Assembly: GCA_027371535.1 (NCBI GenBank) | Contig: DAHXMV010000006.1 | Location: 1-55,322 of the forward strand | Length of the DNA stretch: 55,322 bases | Direction: 5' to 3' | Source of the DNA: Candidatus Amesbacteria bacterium | Lineage (GTDB): Bacteria; Patescibacteriota; Microgenomatia; CAZETR01; Amesbacteraceae | Part shown: in pieces, positions 26,604 through 35,114 of the stretch | Layout: every line of letters starts with the position of its first letter | Position numbering within the stretch: position 1 is the stretch's first letter | The notes under the pieces: model-generated | Database searches by the model: none | Told to the model about the DNA's origin: nothing | The model's input: only the letters and a program-made list of their open reading frames with translations | Translations under genes and position numbers: made by a program

Positions 26604-27164
26604 ATGTCTTTACAAACCCAACAGAACCTGGTAAAAGCTTTTACCGGAGAGAGCGCGGCCAGAAATAAATATACCCAGTTTGCCAAAATAGCCAGAAAAG
26701 AAGATCTGGAGTGGGTGGCCAGGGTCTTTGAGGAAACAGCTGAAAATGAAAGAGTGCATGCGGCTGAAGAGTTTGAAATGATTAAAGATGTAGTTAAAAC
26801 CCCGCTGGAAATGGAAATTAAAGCCTTTTCCGGCACTTCCGATAATCTGAAAATGGCGGCCGAAGGAGAAAGATACGAATGGACTTCGATGTACCCGGAT
26901 TTTGAAAAAACAGCGATTGCGGAAAAAGAGCCGGAACCGGCAAGATTATTCGGAAATCTGAAAAAAGTGGAAGAAAAACACGAAGAAAGATACATCATAA
27001 TCGCCAAAAAGCTGGACAGCAAGACTCTTTATTCAGCAGATGCGGAATTGGAATGGAAATGCGTCAACTGCGGATTTATATATAAAGGCAAAGCCCCGCC
27101 GGCAAAATGCCCTGTCTGCCTGAAGCCGTTTACATGGTATATGCCGTTGGGATTGGTGAAATAA
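26604..27164 (+). CDS. rbr: Rubrerythrin
   Basis: AFTGESAARNKY, ENERVHA, EGERYEWTSMY and EEKHEERY diiron motifs, plus C-terminal CVNCG...CPVC. Confidence 0.95.
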   Translation: MSLQTQQNLVKAFTGESAARNKYTQFAKIARKEDLEWVARVFEETAENERVHAAEEFEMIKDVVKTPLEMEIKAFSGTSDNLKMAAEGERYEWTSMYPDFEKTAIAEKEPEPARLFGNLKKVEEKHEERYIIIAKKLDSKTLYSADAELEWKCVNCGFIYKGKAPPAKCPVCLKPFTWYMPLGLVK

Positions 27165-28231
27165 TATTCCGAAATTTTATCCGCAATATACCTGATATCT
27201 GAAGCGGTAATGTGGTGTCCCAGAGGCAGAAATAAGACCGAACGATCCATGCTCCAGGGACAATCCGTAAATTTGAACCAGACAATAATCCCCTGCCTGT
27301 GAAGATGATCGATCAGTTTCTGATCCGGGGAATGGGAAAATACCAAAGGATAAACGTGCATAAATGGAAAATCCGTGGCAGGAATATTTAAACGGGATAC
27401 GGTAGGGAAACGGCAATTCCGGAAGAGAACCCGATCGTATAATTTTATCTGGGCAGATTTTAAACGATACAGGCGTTGATAATTCAGACGGTTTATAAAA
27501 GGCAAAAATATTTTCGGACCGGAATGCGGGAGATTATGGGTACCGATTATGTCGTCGTGTTTTTTTAGTAACCGGGTATGCGAAGCGGATACCAAAGAAC
27601 CCAGGCCCAAAACCATGCCCAGACGAAAGATAATACGAAACGAAGAGAATAGCAGACAGGATTTCAGAGAATAGGATGAAAAAAATGAATTACGGGGCGG
27701 ACAAAAATCCAAAGCAGAGGAATCACCGATCAAACGGCTGCCCGGGAAGGGAGATACTTTTCGTAAACTGTCTATGAAAAAATGGCGGTTATTAATTAAA
27801 TTAACCGCCGGGGGATGTATCAGTTGGTGGACACCATCTTCGATCAATAAACTTTTTTTAGGAAAACTCTGTAACCAGGAGAAATCGGAAAAAAGTCCTG
27901 ATTTGATACCGCAGGCATTAAAAACTATCACTATATCAGGTTCATAAAGCCAGAGATATTTTTTGAATGCCGATGAGTTAATCTGAAAACCGGAATCCAA
28001 AGGATAGTAAATGTATTTTAGGCCGTGCTTTTTCCAATTATCCAGAACATTCGTACAATAAAAATCAGGAACCAAAACAGTCAGGTGTTTTTTGTGAGGA
28101 AATTTATGCCGGATGAGATCCAAAAAAGCATCCTCAAATGATAAGTAATACAGGACCTTTATTTTTCGCGGAATTAAGTCGGGGTGAAGTTTCAAGAATT
28201 TTAACCAGCCGGTCTGATAATAATTGATCAT
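27029..28231 (-). CDS. PLP-dependent aminotransferase-like protein (DegT/DnrJ-type fold)
   Basis: VLVPDFYC, LIEDGVH, DSLRK(PLP Lys)VSPFPG and VLFLPLGHHI motifs. Confidence 0.7.
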   Translation of the reverse strand: MINYYQTGWLKFLKLHPDLIPRKIKVLYYLSFEDAFLDLIRHKFPHKKHLTVLVPDFYCTNVLDNWKKHGLKYIYYPLDSGFQINSSAFKKYLWLYEPDIVIVFNACGIKSGLFSDFSWLQSFPKKSLLIEDGVHQLIHPPAVNLINNRHFFIDSLRKVSPFPGSRLIGDSSALDFCPPRNSFFSSYSLKSCLLFSSFRIIFRLGMVLGLGSLVSASHTRLLKKHDDIIGTHNLPHSGPKIFLPFINRLNYQRLYRLKSAQIKLYDRVLFRNCRFPTVSRLNIPATDFPFMHVYPLVFSHSPDQKLIDHLHRQGIIVWFKFTDCPWSMDRSVLFLPLGHHITASDIRYIADKISEYYFTNPNGIYHVNGFRQTGHFAGGALPLYINPQLTHFHSNSASAE

Positions 28232-28860
28232 GGTTCAATTGCCTGACGGGATTTAAGAAAAGCCAGAGGATCGATCCAGTAGGAGTTTAAAGCCGAAAGT
28301 GAGGGTTCATAGCCTCTGAAATATAAACCGTTTTTGGTATATAAACCCAAATGCAAATGCTGACGTTCACCGCCGGTCTGTGAAGAAAAAGCCCGGCCCA
28401 AATATGCCAAGAGACGGCCCGGAGGAACCCGGGCATGATTCAGTAACTTTACCTGACTCAGGTCCAAATGCCCGTACAGGGCCGTGTAGGGCGCCTGAAA
28501 GAGTTTTTCCAATATCAGACCACCATAACCCTGTACCTGGCCAATAAAAACTATCTCCCCGCCGGAGACGGCATAAACCGGAACCCGGGAATCAATTTCA
28601 CCGGGCAATAATTCAAAATCCGTACCGGCGTGGTACCCCAGATAGTGATTGGGGAAAACAGCATCCTTTCCGATATATGAACCGGCATCAAAATACTGGC
28701 CAAAAGTTTTCAGACTGCTCCTACCCCGGGTATTGATGAGAGGATAATACCAATTGCTGACATACGGAGTGACTGTGGGCAGAATCTTCACCGGAGGCGG
28801 AGCTTTTTGAACATGGGTAAACAGATGCAAAAATACCAAAATGGCCAGAATAAATTTCAT
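28228..28860 (-). CDS. M23 family metallopeptidase
   Basis: HAGTD (HxxxD), YGHL and HLH motifs, with a signal peptide. Confidence 0.92.
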   Translation of the reverse strand: MKFILAILVFLHLFTHVQKAPPPVKILPTVTPYVSNWYYPLINTRGRSSLKTFGQYFDAGSYIGKDAVFPNHYLGYHAGTDFELLPGEIDSRVPVYAVSGGEIVFIGQVQGYGGLILEKLFQAPYTALYGHLDLSQVKLLNHARVPPGRLLAYLGRAFSSQTGGERQHLHLGLYTKNGLYFRGYEPSLSALNSYWIDPLAFLKSRQAIEP

Positions 28861-28881
28861 GGAGATATTATATTAAAAAGC

Positions 28882-29262
28882 CTATTTGGAAGCAGGCAGT
28901 TTACAGCCGGCAAAATCAGCCAGTTTCTGAAGGCTGGTTTCACCATCAAGACGTTCAATGCCGTTTTTTATAAATGTGGGATAACCCTTGACGTTGTTGT
29001 CCGTACATTTTTTTGTTTCAACGGTGCATTCTACGTAATTTACATATTTAAATGAAGCTCCGAATTCAGCCTTGACAGCCTGGCAATGGGGACACCAGTA
29101 AGCACCATACATAATCACATTATTATGGGTCAGACACCTGGAAAAATCATCCAGGCCCGTTACTTTGGGAGTCTGACCGCGGGTAGCCAGAACTACTCCC
29201 CCACCGATCAAAAAGACGGTAATCAAAGTTATAATAACTACTATTTTGGTATTCATAATCAT
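28882..29262 (-). CDS. Membrane-anchored thioredoxin/glutaredoxin-like protein
   Basis: MYGAYWCPHC and VKGYPTF motifs. Confidence 0.88.
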   Translation of the reverse strand: MIMNTKIVVIITLITVFLIGGGVVLATRGQTPKVTGLDDFSRCLTHNNVIMYGAYWCPHCQAVKAEFGASFKYVNYVECTVETKKCTDNNVKGYPTFIKNGIERLDGETSLQKLADFAGCKLPASK

Positions 29263-29795
29263 TCTTTACAGCAATCAACAAGTTTGGTGACTATATCCGA
29301 CATGGACCAGGGAGTATCAGATTTGGATTTGGTATTGATATTGAGCTGATTGTCGGGTATTTTTTTAACATTTTTGGCCGAGATGAGTTTTAAACGCAAT
29401 GCCCAAAACAGTGAATAGACCTGATAGCTCATGGAAAACATCTCCGCAGCTTCTTTGGCTTTTTTCTGCGTCTGCAGCTTGGTGGCCACTTCCATGATCC
29501 GCATGCTGGCGGCCAAGAGGTGTTTGGAAATACACCAGGTTTCCCCTTCGTGACTGTCGATCATTTTACCGAGAAGTTTTTTGCGGATTTCACGGGTCTG
29601 ACTTAGAAGATCCAGGTAAGAATCACTGCCTGTTTTTTGGGATGTAAAAAAGAAATGTTCCTCAAGGCTGATGAGGTTCATGACGGCAATACTCAGATCC
29701 TCTTCAAGAGAGAGATCGAAGTCAGAAGATTTTTTAAGCTCCTCAACCCGGCTTAATAATTTTTGAAAATCAGAATTGTCAGACATAAATTTCAC
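29259..29795 (-). CDS. Conserved hypothetical protein
   Basis: EDLSIAVMNLISLEEH, WCISKHLL, C-terminal DCCKE. Translationally coupled to both neighbours. Confidence 0.75.
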   Translation of the reverse strand: MKFMSDNSDFQKLLSRVEELKKSSDFDLSLEEDLSIAVMNLISLEEHFFFTSQKTGSDSYLDLLSQTREIRKKLLGKMIDSHEGETWCISKHLLAASMRIMEVATKLQTQKKAKEAAEMFSMSYQVYSLFWALRLKLISAKNVKKIPDNQLNINTKSKSDTPWSMSDIVTKLVDCCKE

Positions 29796-30460
29796 AAGAA
29801 GAATATCACAATTCCCAAAATAATCGTAGTCAGAGCATAAAATACGGAGATAAGCTTGGATTTGGATTTTCGCCAGCTGTCAAATTTGGACATGACTTTC
29901 GGACCGGTGGTAAAAATGAGTAAAACTATCAGGGGAGATACGAAAAGAAAGTTATAGTAAATCAGATAAAAAGTACCCTCGATAACGGTGGATTTGTCAT
30001 GCAGCAAACTCAGAATTAATAGATACGGGCCGCCGGTACAGGGAAACTCAAACAAACCGACAAGAATGCCCAGAATAAAGGCGGAGATATATGAAGCCTG
30101 ATAAATAAGTTTTGCTATTTGGGGCTTGATAAACCGGGGAATGACCAGCCTGACGGGAAAATTCGGGATAAAGGCTTCCCCAAGATTTAAGAACCCAAAG
30201 ATAATCAAAATCGTAGCACCTATTTTGGACATGATATGAGGAATGCCGAAGAAAACCAAAGCGCTTAAAATTCCGATTCCGATAGAAATATAAGTTAAAT
30301 ATATACCGAAAATATATAGTCCACCGACGGTCAGAATATGTTTCCGGGCGGAATTTATACTCAGCAGGAAACCGATAGTCAGAAGTAAAACCGAAATGGC
30401 ACAGGGATTTAAACTGTCAAGAAGGGCTGTTCCTGTAACCAGCGGAAGCGATAAAGTCAT
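29792..30460 (-). CDS. CcdA/DsbD-type transmembrane electron transporter
   Basis: DSLNPCA and EFPCTGGPY redox Cys motifs, 6 TM helices. Confidence 0.88.
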   Translation of the reverse strand: MTLSLPLVTGTALLDSLNPCAISVLLLTIGFLLSINSARKHILTVGGLYIFGIYLTYISIGIGILSALVFFGIPHIMSKIGATILIIFGFLNLGEAFIPNFPVRLVIPRFIKPQIAKLIYQASYISAFILGILVGLFEFPCTGGPYLLILSLLHDKSTVIEGTFYLIYYNFLFVSPLIVLLIFTTGPKVMSKFDSWRKSKSKLISVFYALTTIILGIVIFFL

Positions 30461-30481
30461 GGTTAAATAATAAAATAAATA

Positions 30482-31849
30482 TCATTTTTTATAAACAGTG
30501 TAAATCGGCGGATAGAAAAGAAAAACAGCTGGATCTTCCTCAACCAGATATTTCTGAAAGTCCTGATAAATTTTCTGACGGGCATTTTGGTCATAGGTTT
30601 TCCGGCCGTCTTCCAGTAATTTATCTATCCGGGGATTATTCAAATGAGTCAGATTAGTGATGTCCTGCGTGGAATGCCAGAGATTATACTGATCCGGGTC
30701 CAGGGGGATGGCCTGGGCTACCAGGAGGATCTGGAAATTGGAAGGGATATCCGGAGAGACGGAAATTTCAGTTTTTATATTCAGCTTCGACCAATCGTTT
30801 TTGACCTGATCAGCTATATCAAAATAAGAGGGAACGGTGGAAAGTCTGAGAGTAGACGGCAGTTTACCGACTTTTTTAACGAGATCAACGGCTTTCGTCA
30901 GATCATAATCATATTTTTTGATGTCCGGATTGAATGCCCATGAATCGGGATTAATAGGACCTATGGCCCGGTTCGGCCAGCGGGATTTATCGATGGCATA
31001 AGTCAGGGCCAGGCGAAGATTTTTTCCGTCGGCACCGGACAGATACGGGTCCTGGGTGTTAAAAAATACTCCTATATACCGGTTATGCAGAACTTCAGCT
31101 ACGATCTGTGCATCCGGCCAGCTATTCAAATCGGCAGGATCAACCCCGATATCCTCGATTTCATCCAACAAGCCTAATTTGAAAGAAGTCTTGATCTGAG
31201 AGACTGAAGGATAAAAGAAATATTTAAGGATTGGTAGATCAGACTTCATATCAACAGGATATAAATCCATAGTATCAAGCTGGTCACCGTTGGTTTTGAA
31301 ACCGTGGATAGTATAATTACCGGCACCTATAAGTTTTGTTCCGGAAAGAAATCGGGAATTGATGACTTTTAATACCGGATGGGACAGCAGCACCGGCAAC
31401 GGAGAAAAGGCGTCTTTCAAAGCCACGGATATCGTCTGATCATCGGGGTAGGAAAAAACGGCATCGTGAAACTGATATTTGATATCGCGGCTAATTAACC
31501 GGGAGCCGTCCTGCCAATGAAGACCGGGTTTTAAATGAAAAAGAAAAGTTTTACCGTCCGGGGAGATTGACCAGTATGCGGCCAGGCCGGCCGAGGCTGA
31601 TCCGTTGGCATCAATGGCAGTCAGACCAAGGCTGATTTTGAACAATATTGCCGCAGGCAAATCAGAAAGGGTATACCTGCCGATAAGGCCGATATTTTTT
31701 ACGGAATGAAAACGCGGTAAATAAGGTATCAGACGGGGAGTAACCAGAGAAGTGATACCCGAGAGTACCATTCCCAAGACGATAAGCAGAAGGTACTTTG
31801 AGGTAAAAGCGACCAGTAAGCGACTATAAAATCGGATTTTTTTATACAT
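30482..31849 (-). CDS. ABC transporter substrate-binding protein, family 5 (oligopeptide-type)
   Basis: SPDGKTFLFHLKPGLHWQDG, LRLALTYAID and RQKIYQDFQ motifs. Confidence 0.9.
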   Translation of the reverse strand: MYKKIRFYSRLLVAFTSKYLLLIVLGMVLSGITSLVTPRLIPYLPRFHSVKNIGLIGRYTLSDLPAAILFKISLGLTAIDANGSASAGLAAYWSISPDGKTFLFHLKPGLHWQDGSRLISRDIKYQFHDAVFSYPDDQTISVALKDAFSPLPVLLSHPVLKVINSRFLSGTKLIGAGNYTIHGFKTNGDQLDTMDLYPVDMKSDLPILKYFFYPSVSQIKTSFKLGLLDEIEDIGVDPADLNSWPDAQIVAEVLHNRYIGVFFNTQDPYLSGADGKNLRLALTYAIDKSRWPNRAIGPINPDSWAFNPDIKKYDYDLTKAVDLVKKVGKLPSTLRLSTVPSYFDIADQVKNDWSKLNIKTEISVSPDIPSNFQILLVAQAIPLDPDQYNLWHSTQDITNLTHLNNPRIDKLLEDGRKTYDQNARQKIYQDFQKYLVEEDPAVFLFYPPIYTVYKK

Positions 31850-31858
31850 GAAGTTGGA

Positions 31859-32071
31859 TCAGGGCAGGAGCTGGTTGACAACTGAGATGATGACAAACAA
31901 CACCGATAAAAATATTGTGGCACGAAAGACGATAAATTCGACTCCCCTTTTGGAATGATAAGTAGCCTGACCAAAAGTCCGGCCCAATCCGGTCCCCTTG
32001 GCCTGAATCATAATCAGGGCAGAAACGATCACGGCAGTAACAATCTGAATTACAGTGACCAGGTTTTTCAT
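31859..32071 (-). CDS. secG: Preprotein translocase subunit SecG
   Basis: Two TM helices, IQAKGTGLG and KRGVE motifs. Confidence 0.9.
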   Translation of the reverse strand: MKNLVTVIQIVTAVIVSALIMIQAKGTGLGRTFGQATYHSKRGVEFIVFRATIFLSVLFVIISVVNQLLP

Positions 32072-32104
32072 AGCTTTTAATAATTATAGCTTATTTGATA
32101 AATT

Positions 32105-32524
32105 TCAGTCCTGTAAAAGCCAATATAGGCTTTGAAAAACCAAAGTAATAATCAGGGCAGAAACGACAAAAGCCCCAAAAGCGGAAAAATGGATAGAGGG
32201 AATGATCAGATATTGAAGATCAAATCTGGAAGAAACAAAACCGTGAATTTTTATAGTAGGAATAAATAAAGTTGCCAGATATAAGGTGACCAGATTAGCT
32301 ACCCAGCGGAAAAGCCCCATGGTTACCAGGTGAATAGGCAGAAGGAGAAGATTAACAACCGGACGGACAATCAGATTAGCCACAGAAATAAAGAAAGCGG
32401 CCAGAATAAGAGTGGTAAAGCCACCATAAAATATGATAACCCCATTCAGAATCTGAGCTGAGATGTAAATACTGGCCAGATTGACTGCCAATGATCTGAA
32501 AATAAGACGCAGCATATTTATCAA
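32105..32524 (-). CDS. 4-TM 'phage holin family' membrane protein (YvlD-like)
   Basis: NLIVRPVVNLLLLPIHLVTMGLF motif. Confidence 0.8.
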   Translation of the reverse strand: MINMLRLIFRSLAVNLASIYISAQILNGVIIFYGGFTTLILAAFFISVANLIVRPVVNLLLLPIHLVTMGLFRWVANLVTLYLATLFIPTIKIHGFVSSRFDLQYLIIPSIHFSAFGAFVVSALIITLVFQSLYWLLQD

Positions 32525-32539
32525 TTTACTATTTTTGGG

Positions 32540-33844
32540 TCAGGCAGTCAAAGATTTTGAACGGCGGAGATGATGAAGGCGGCGGCTGAAACGATGGGCC
32601 TCGTCTCTTAATTGTTCCAGAAGCATCAGGCCGTGATGATTTGAAGGCAGGCTGATTTCCCGATACCCGTCCCGAACCGGTATAACCAGGTTTTCAAATT
32701 TTTTAGCCAAAGCAATTATGGGAATCTCTGATTCATGATTTATGAAGTAAGTTTTACGAGATAAGACAGACAGTTGAGGTTTGCCCCCATCAAGAACAAT
32801 TAAATCAGGCTTGGGCCAATCAGAGCGTTTTAAACGCCTCTCCAAAACTTCTGCGATCATATCGACATCACTGTCGGTGGGAGCCGATCTGATATTAAAA
32901 TGGCGGTATTGACGATGGGTAAGCTGGCCGTCCAGAGCAACCACCAGACTGCCGGAGGCGGACTGCCCTGCCAAATGGGCGATATCTATCATTTCCATCC
33001 GGTGCAGAACCAGCTGCGGAAAGTAAGGCTTTAAGACAAGATGCAAATTGTTCAGGGCCATTTGGCGGCGATCGGAAATAAGATTGGGATTTTCCAAATA
33101 CTCATCAGGGGTGACAGGGGTTTCTAAAAGACGTGACAATGCATTCATATAATCCCTGTATCGGGCTGCTTTTTCATAATCCAAATCTTTGGAGTAATGA
33201 TCCATGGAGGTTTGAAGCTGGATTTTGACCCGGGTGAAATTACCGCTAAGAAGATTTTTAAGACGGCGGATATTTTGGAGATAGGCTTTTTGAGAATCCG
33301 GATCCGAAGAAATTCCTGGACATGGCTGACAAAGACCCAAATGAGAATAAAAACAGGGTTTTTTAACCGGCCTTTTAGCCTGGCAGTATGAGGCAATATG
33401 GCGCAGATGCAGCAAAATTCTCCGGGGAATCAGATGGTTTAAAAAAGGTCCGGCAACGGCTCCCTTTGCCAGATGATTAATTTCAGGCCTGGGATATGCT
33501 TCCCCGGTAATATGTATATAATACGGAGATTTGTCATCCTTGGCGGCAATATTGAAAAACGGTTTGAATTTTTTAATCAGCCGGCTTTCCAATAAGAGGG
33601 CTTCCAATTCAGAATTGACTTCTATATATTCCAGAGAGGAGATATTGTGGACCAAAAGGGAGGTTTTGGGTCCGAGACCGATGGGAGGCCGGAAGTAAGA
33701 GGATACCCGATTTTTGAGATTTTTAGCCTTACCGATGTAGATGACCTGGCCGGTAGAGTTTTTGAAGATATATACCCCAGGAACGGTGGGTAAGCGCCGC
33801 CAGGCCGAAGAAAGCGAGGGAGAGGACGAAGGTAATGCAGCCAT
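32540..33844 (-). CDS. uvrC: Excinuclease ABC subunit C (short, lacking HhH tail)
   Basis: GIY-YIG (PGVY...IYIGKAKNLKNRVSSYF), UVR domain (LDYEKAARYRD), RNase H-like domain (PDLIVLDGGKPQ, LRDEAHRF). Start uncertain. Confidence 0.92.
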   Translation of the reverse strand: MAALPSSSPSLSSAWRRLPTVPGVYIFKNSTGQVIYIGKAKNLKNRVSSYFRPPIGLGPKTSLLVHNISSLEYIEVNSELEALLLESRLIKKFKPFFNIAAKDDKSPYYIHITGEAYPRPEINHLAKGAVAGPFLNHLIPRRILLHLRHIASYCQAKRPVKKPCFYSHLGLCQPCPGISSDPDSQKAYLQNIRRLKNLLSGNFTRVKIQLQTSMDHYSKDLDYEKAARYRDYMNALSRLLETPVTPDEYLENPNLISDRRQMALNNLHLVLKPYFPQLVLHRMEMIDIAHLAGQSASGSLVVALDGQLTHRQYRHFNIRSAPTDSDVDMIAEVLERRLKRSDWPKPDLIVLDGGKPQLSVLSRKTYFINHESEIPIIALAKKFENLVIPVRDGYREISLPSNHHGLMLLEQLRDEAHRFSRRLHHLRRSKSLTA

Positions 33845-35105
33845 ATATAAAATAAAAAAGGTATCCGGGAAGATTATATGTCACTATGGTTTTTCCTGCG
33901 CTGATCTGAAGATATTTGTCCGAAAAATATTGGGGAAGAGTTATTGAAAATGTCAGAGGGATGCGGACGTATCCCCCGGGTAAAATTACCGGAATGTCCA
34001 CCGAAGGAAATCCGGTATTAATGCCTGCGGATGTGACAGAGACCTGAGGTGAATAAACAGCGTTGATACCATTGTTTTTTATTACCAGAGTTCCCTGATT
34101 GTCATGAAAAGGCCAAATCTGCAAAGGCAAATCTAAAGTGAGAGACAGATTTTCTTTGGGAAGAATATATTTATCCGGGGAAAGAAAAGTTTTAGCGGGC
34201 ATAATCCCCGATGCGGATAATGCGGAACCGGGTAATCCGTATTTAAGCCGGTCGGTGTTTAGCAACAGCCTGGCCTGGCCGGTAATTACGATATTCCCGT
34301 TCGTATGGGCCGGTATGCTATAAACTGCCGCCCAGGTGCCAAAAGCGTCGGGAGATACCTGTAAAGGGGGCGGTGAGAAAGAAGACAATAATATTTGCTG
34401 GCCCGCCATTTCGGTGGGTAACAAAAGGGAAACTTCTGAAGGATCCGGGCCGGAATTTACGGGAAAATACTGCAGAACAAACTTCAGAATCTGTAAATTA
34501 CCGAATAGGACGGAAATCCCCCGGTACATTTCGGGATTATCTGAGAATGTATAAATATAATTATTCTTATCTACCTGCGGATTAATACCCGACGGATCAA
34601 CAGACGAATAGGCCAGCAGGCCAAATTCCCTGGGGGTTACCAGCCTGACTGTATACCTGTTCAGAACGTCCGGATCGACAATTTTGGGAATCGCGATATT
34701 CCAAACATCCTGGTCTTTTATTGCCGGCGAACCGGCATGGGAAAGACTGAAGTTCATAGTCTGATCCTTACCGGCGATTACCGTATTGAAAATGACTCTG
34801 ACCAGAGTGTGGCCATTAGACAACTTCTGGGTCTGGATATCCAAAGGTCCGCGGTCATCTTTACCCGAAAGGCGGGCCGGAAGATCCCCCGGAATTTCAT
34901 ATTCGTAATTGGATATCAAATACCGGGATGTCAGGTTGGTAACCGAAAACTGTTCATTTATTTCGGCTTCTCCCCTGGAATTATAGGTATAGGTAATCGA
35001 GAGATCGGTACTGAAATTAACGGCAGCGTGAGCAGGAATTACAAATATAAAATGTAAAATGCAAAATGTACCAATTAAAAAAAGAAATTTTCTGAGCGGG
35101 TTCAC
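33729..35105 (-). CDS. Exported beta-rich protein with C-terminal TM anchor
   Basis: Signal peptide, beta-sandwich-like segments, C-terminal TM. Resembles CPR transglutaminase-associated proteins, but no catalytic TGase motif is visible. Confidence 0.7.
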   Translation of the reverse strand: MNPLRKFLFLIGTFCILHFIFVIPAHAAVNFSTDLSITYTYNSRGEAEINEQFSVTNLTSRYLISNYEYEIPGDLPARLSGKDDRGPLDIQTQKLSNGHTLVRVIFNTVIAGKDQTMNFSLSHAGSPAIKDQDVWNIAIPKIVDPDVLNRYTVRLVTPREFGLLAYSSVDPSGINPQVDKNNYIYTFSDNPEMYRGISVLFGNLQILKFVLQYFPVNSGPDPSEVSLLLPTEMAGQQILLSSFSPPPLQVSPDAFGTWAAVYSIPAHTNGNIVITGQARLLLNTDRLKYGLPGSALSASGIMPAKTFLSPDKYILPKENLSLTLDLPLQIWPFHDNQGTLVIKNNGINAVYSPQVSVTSAGINTGFPSVDIPVILPGGYVRIPLTFSITLPQYFSDKYLQISAGKTIVTYNLPGYLFYFIYGCITFVLSLAFFGLAALTHRSWGIYLQKLYRPGHLHR

Positions 35106-35114
35106 TGCTCCATT

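Noticed and set aside
32105-32524. Prophage implied by a 'phage holin' gene
   Set aside because: It sits in a housekeeping context (uvrC-secG) with no phage structural or replication genes.
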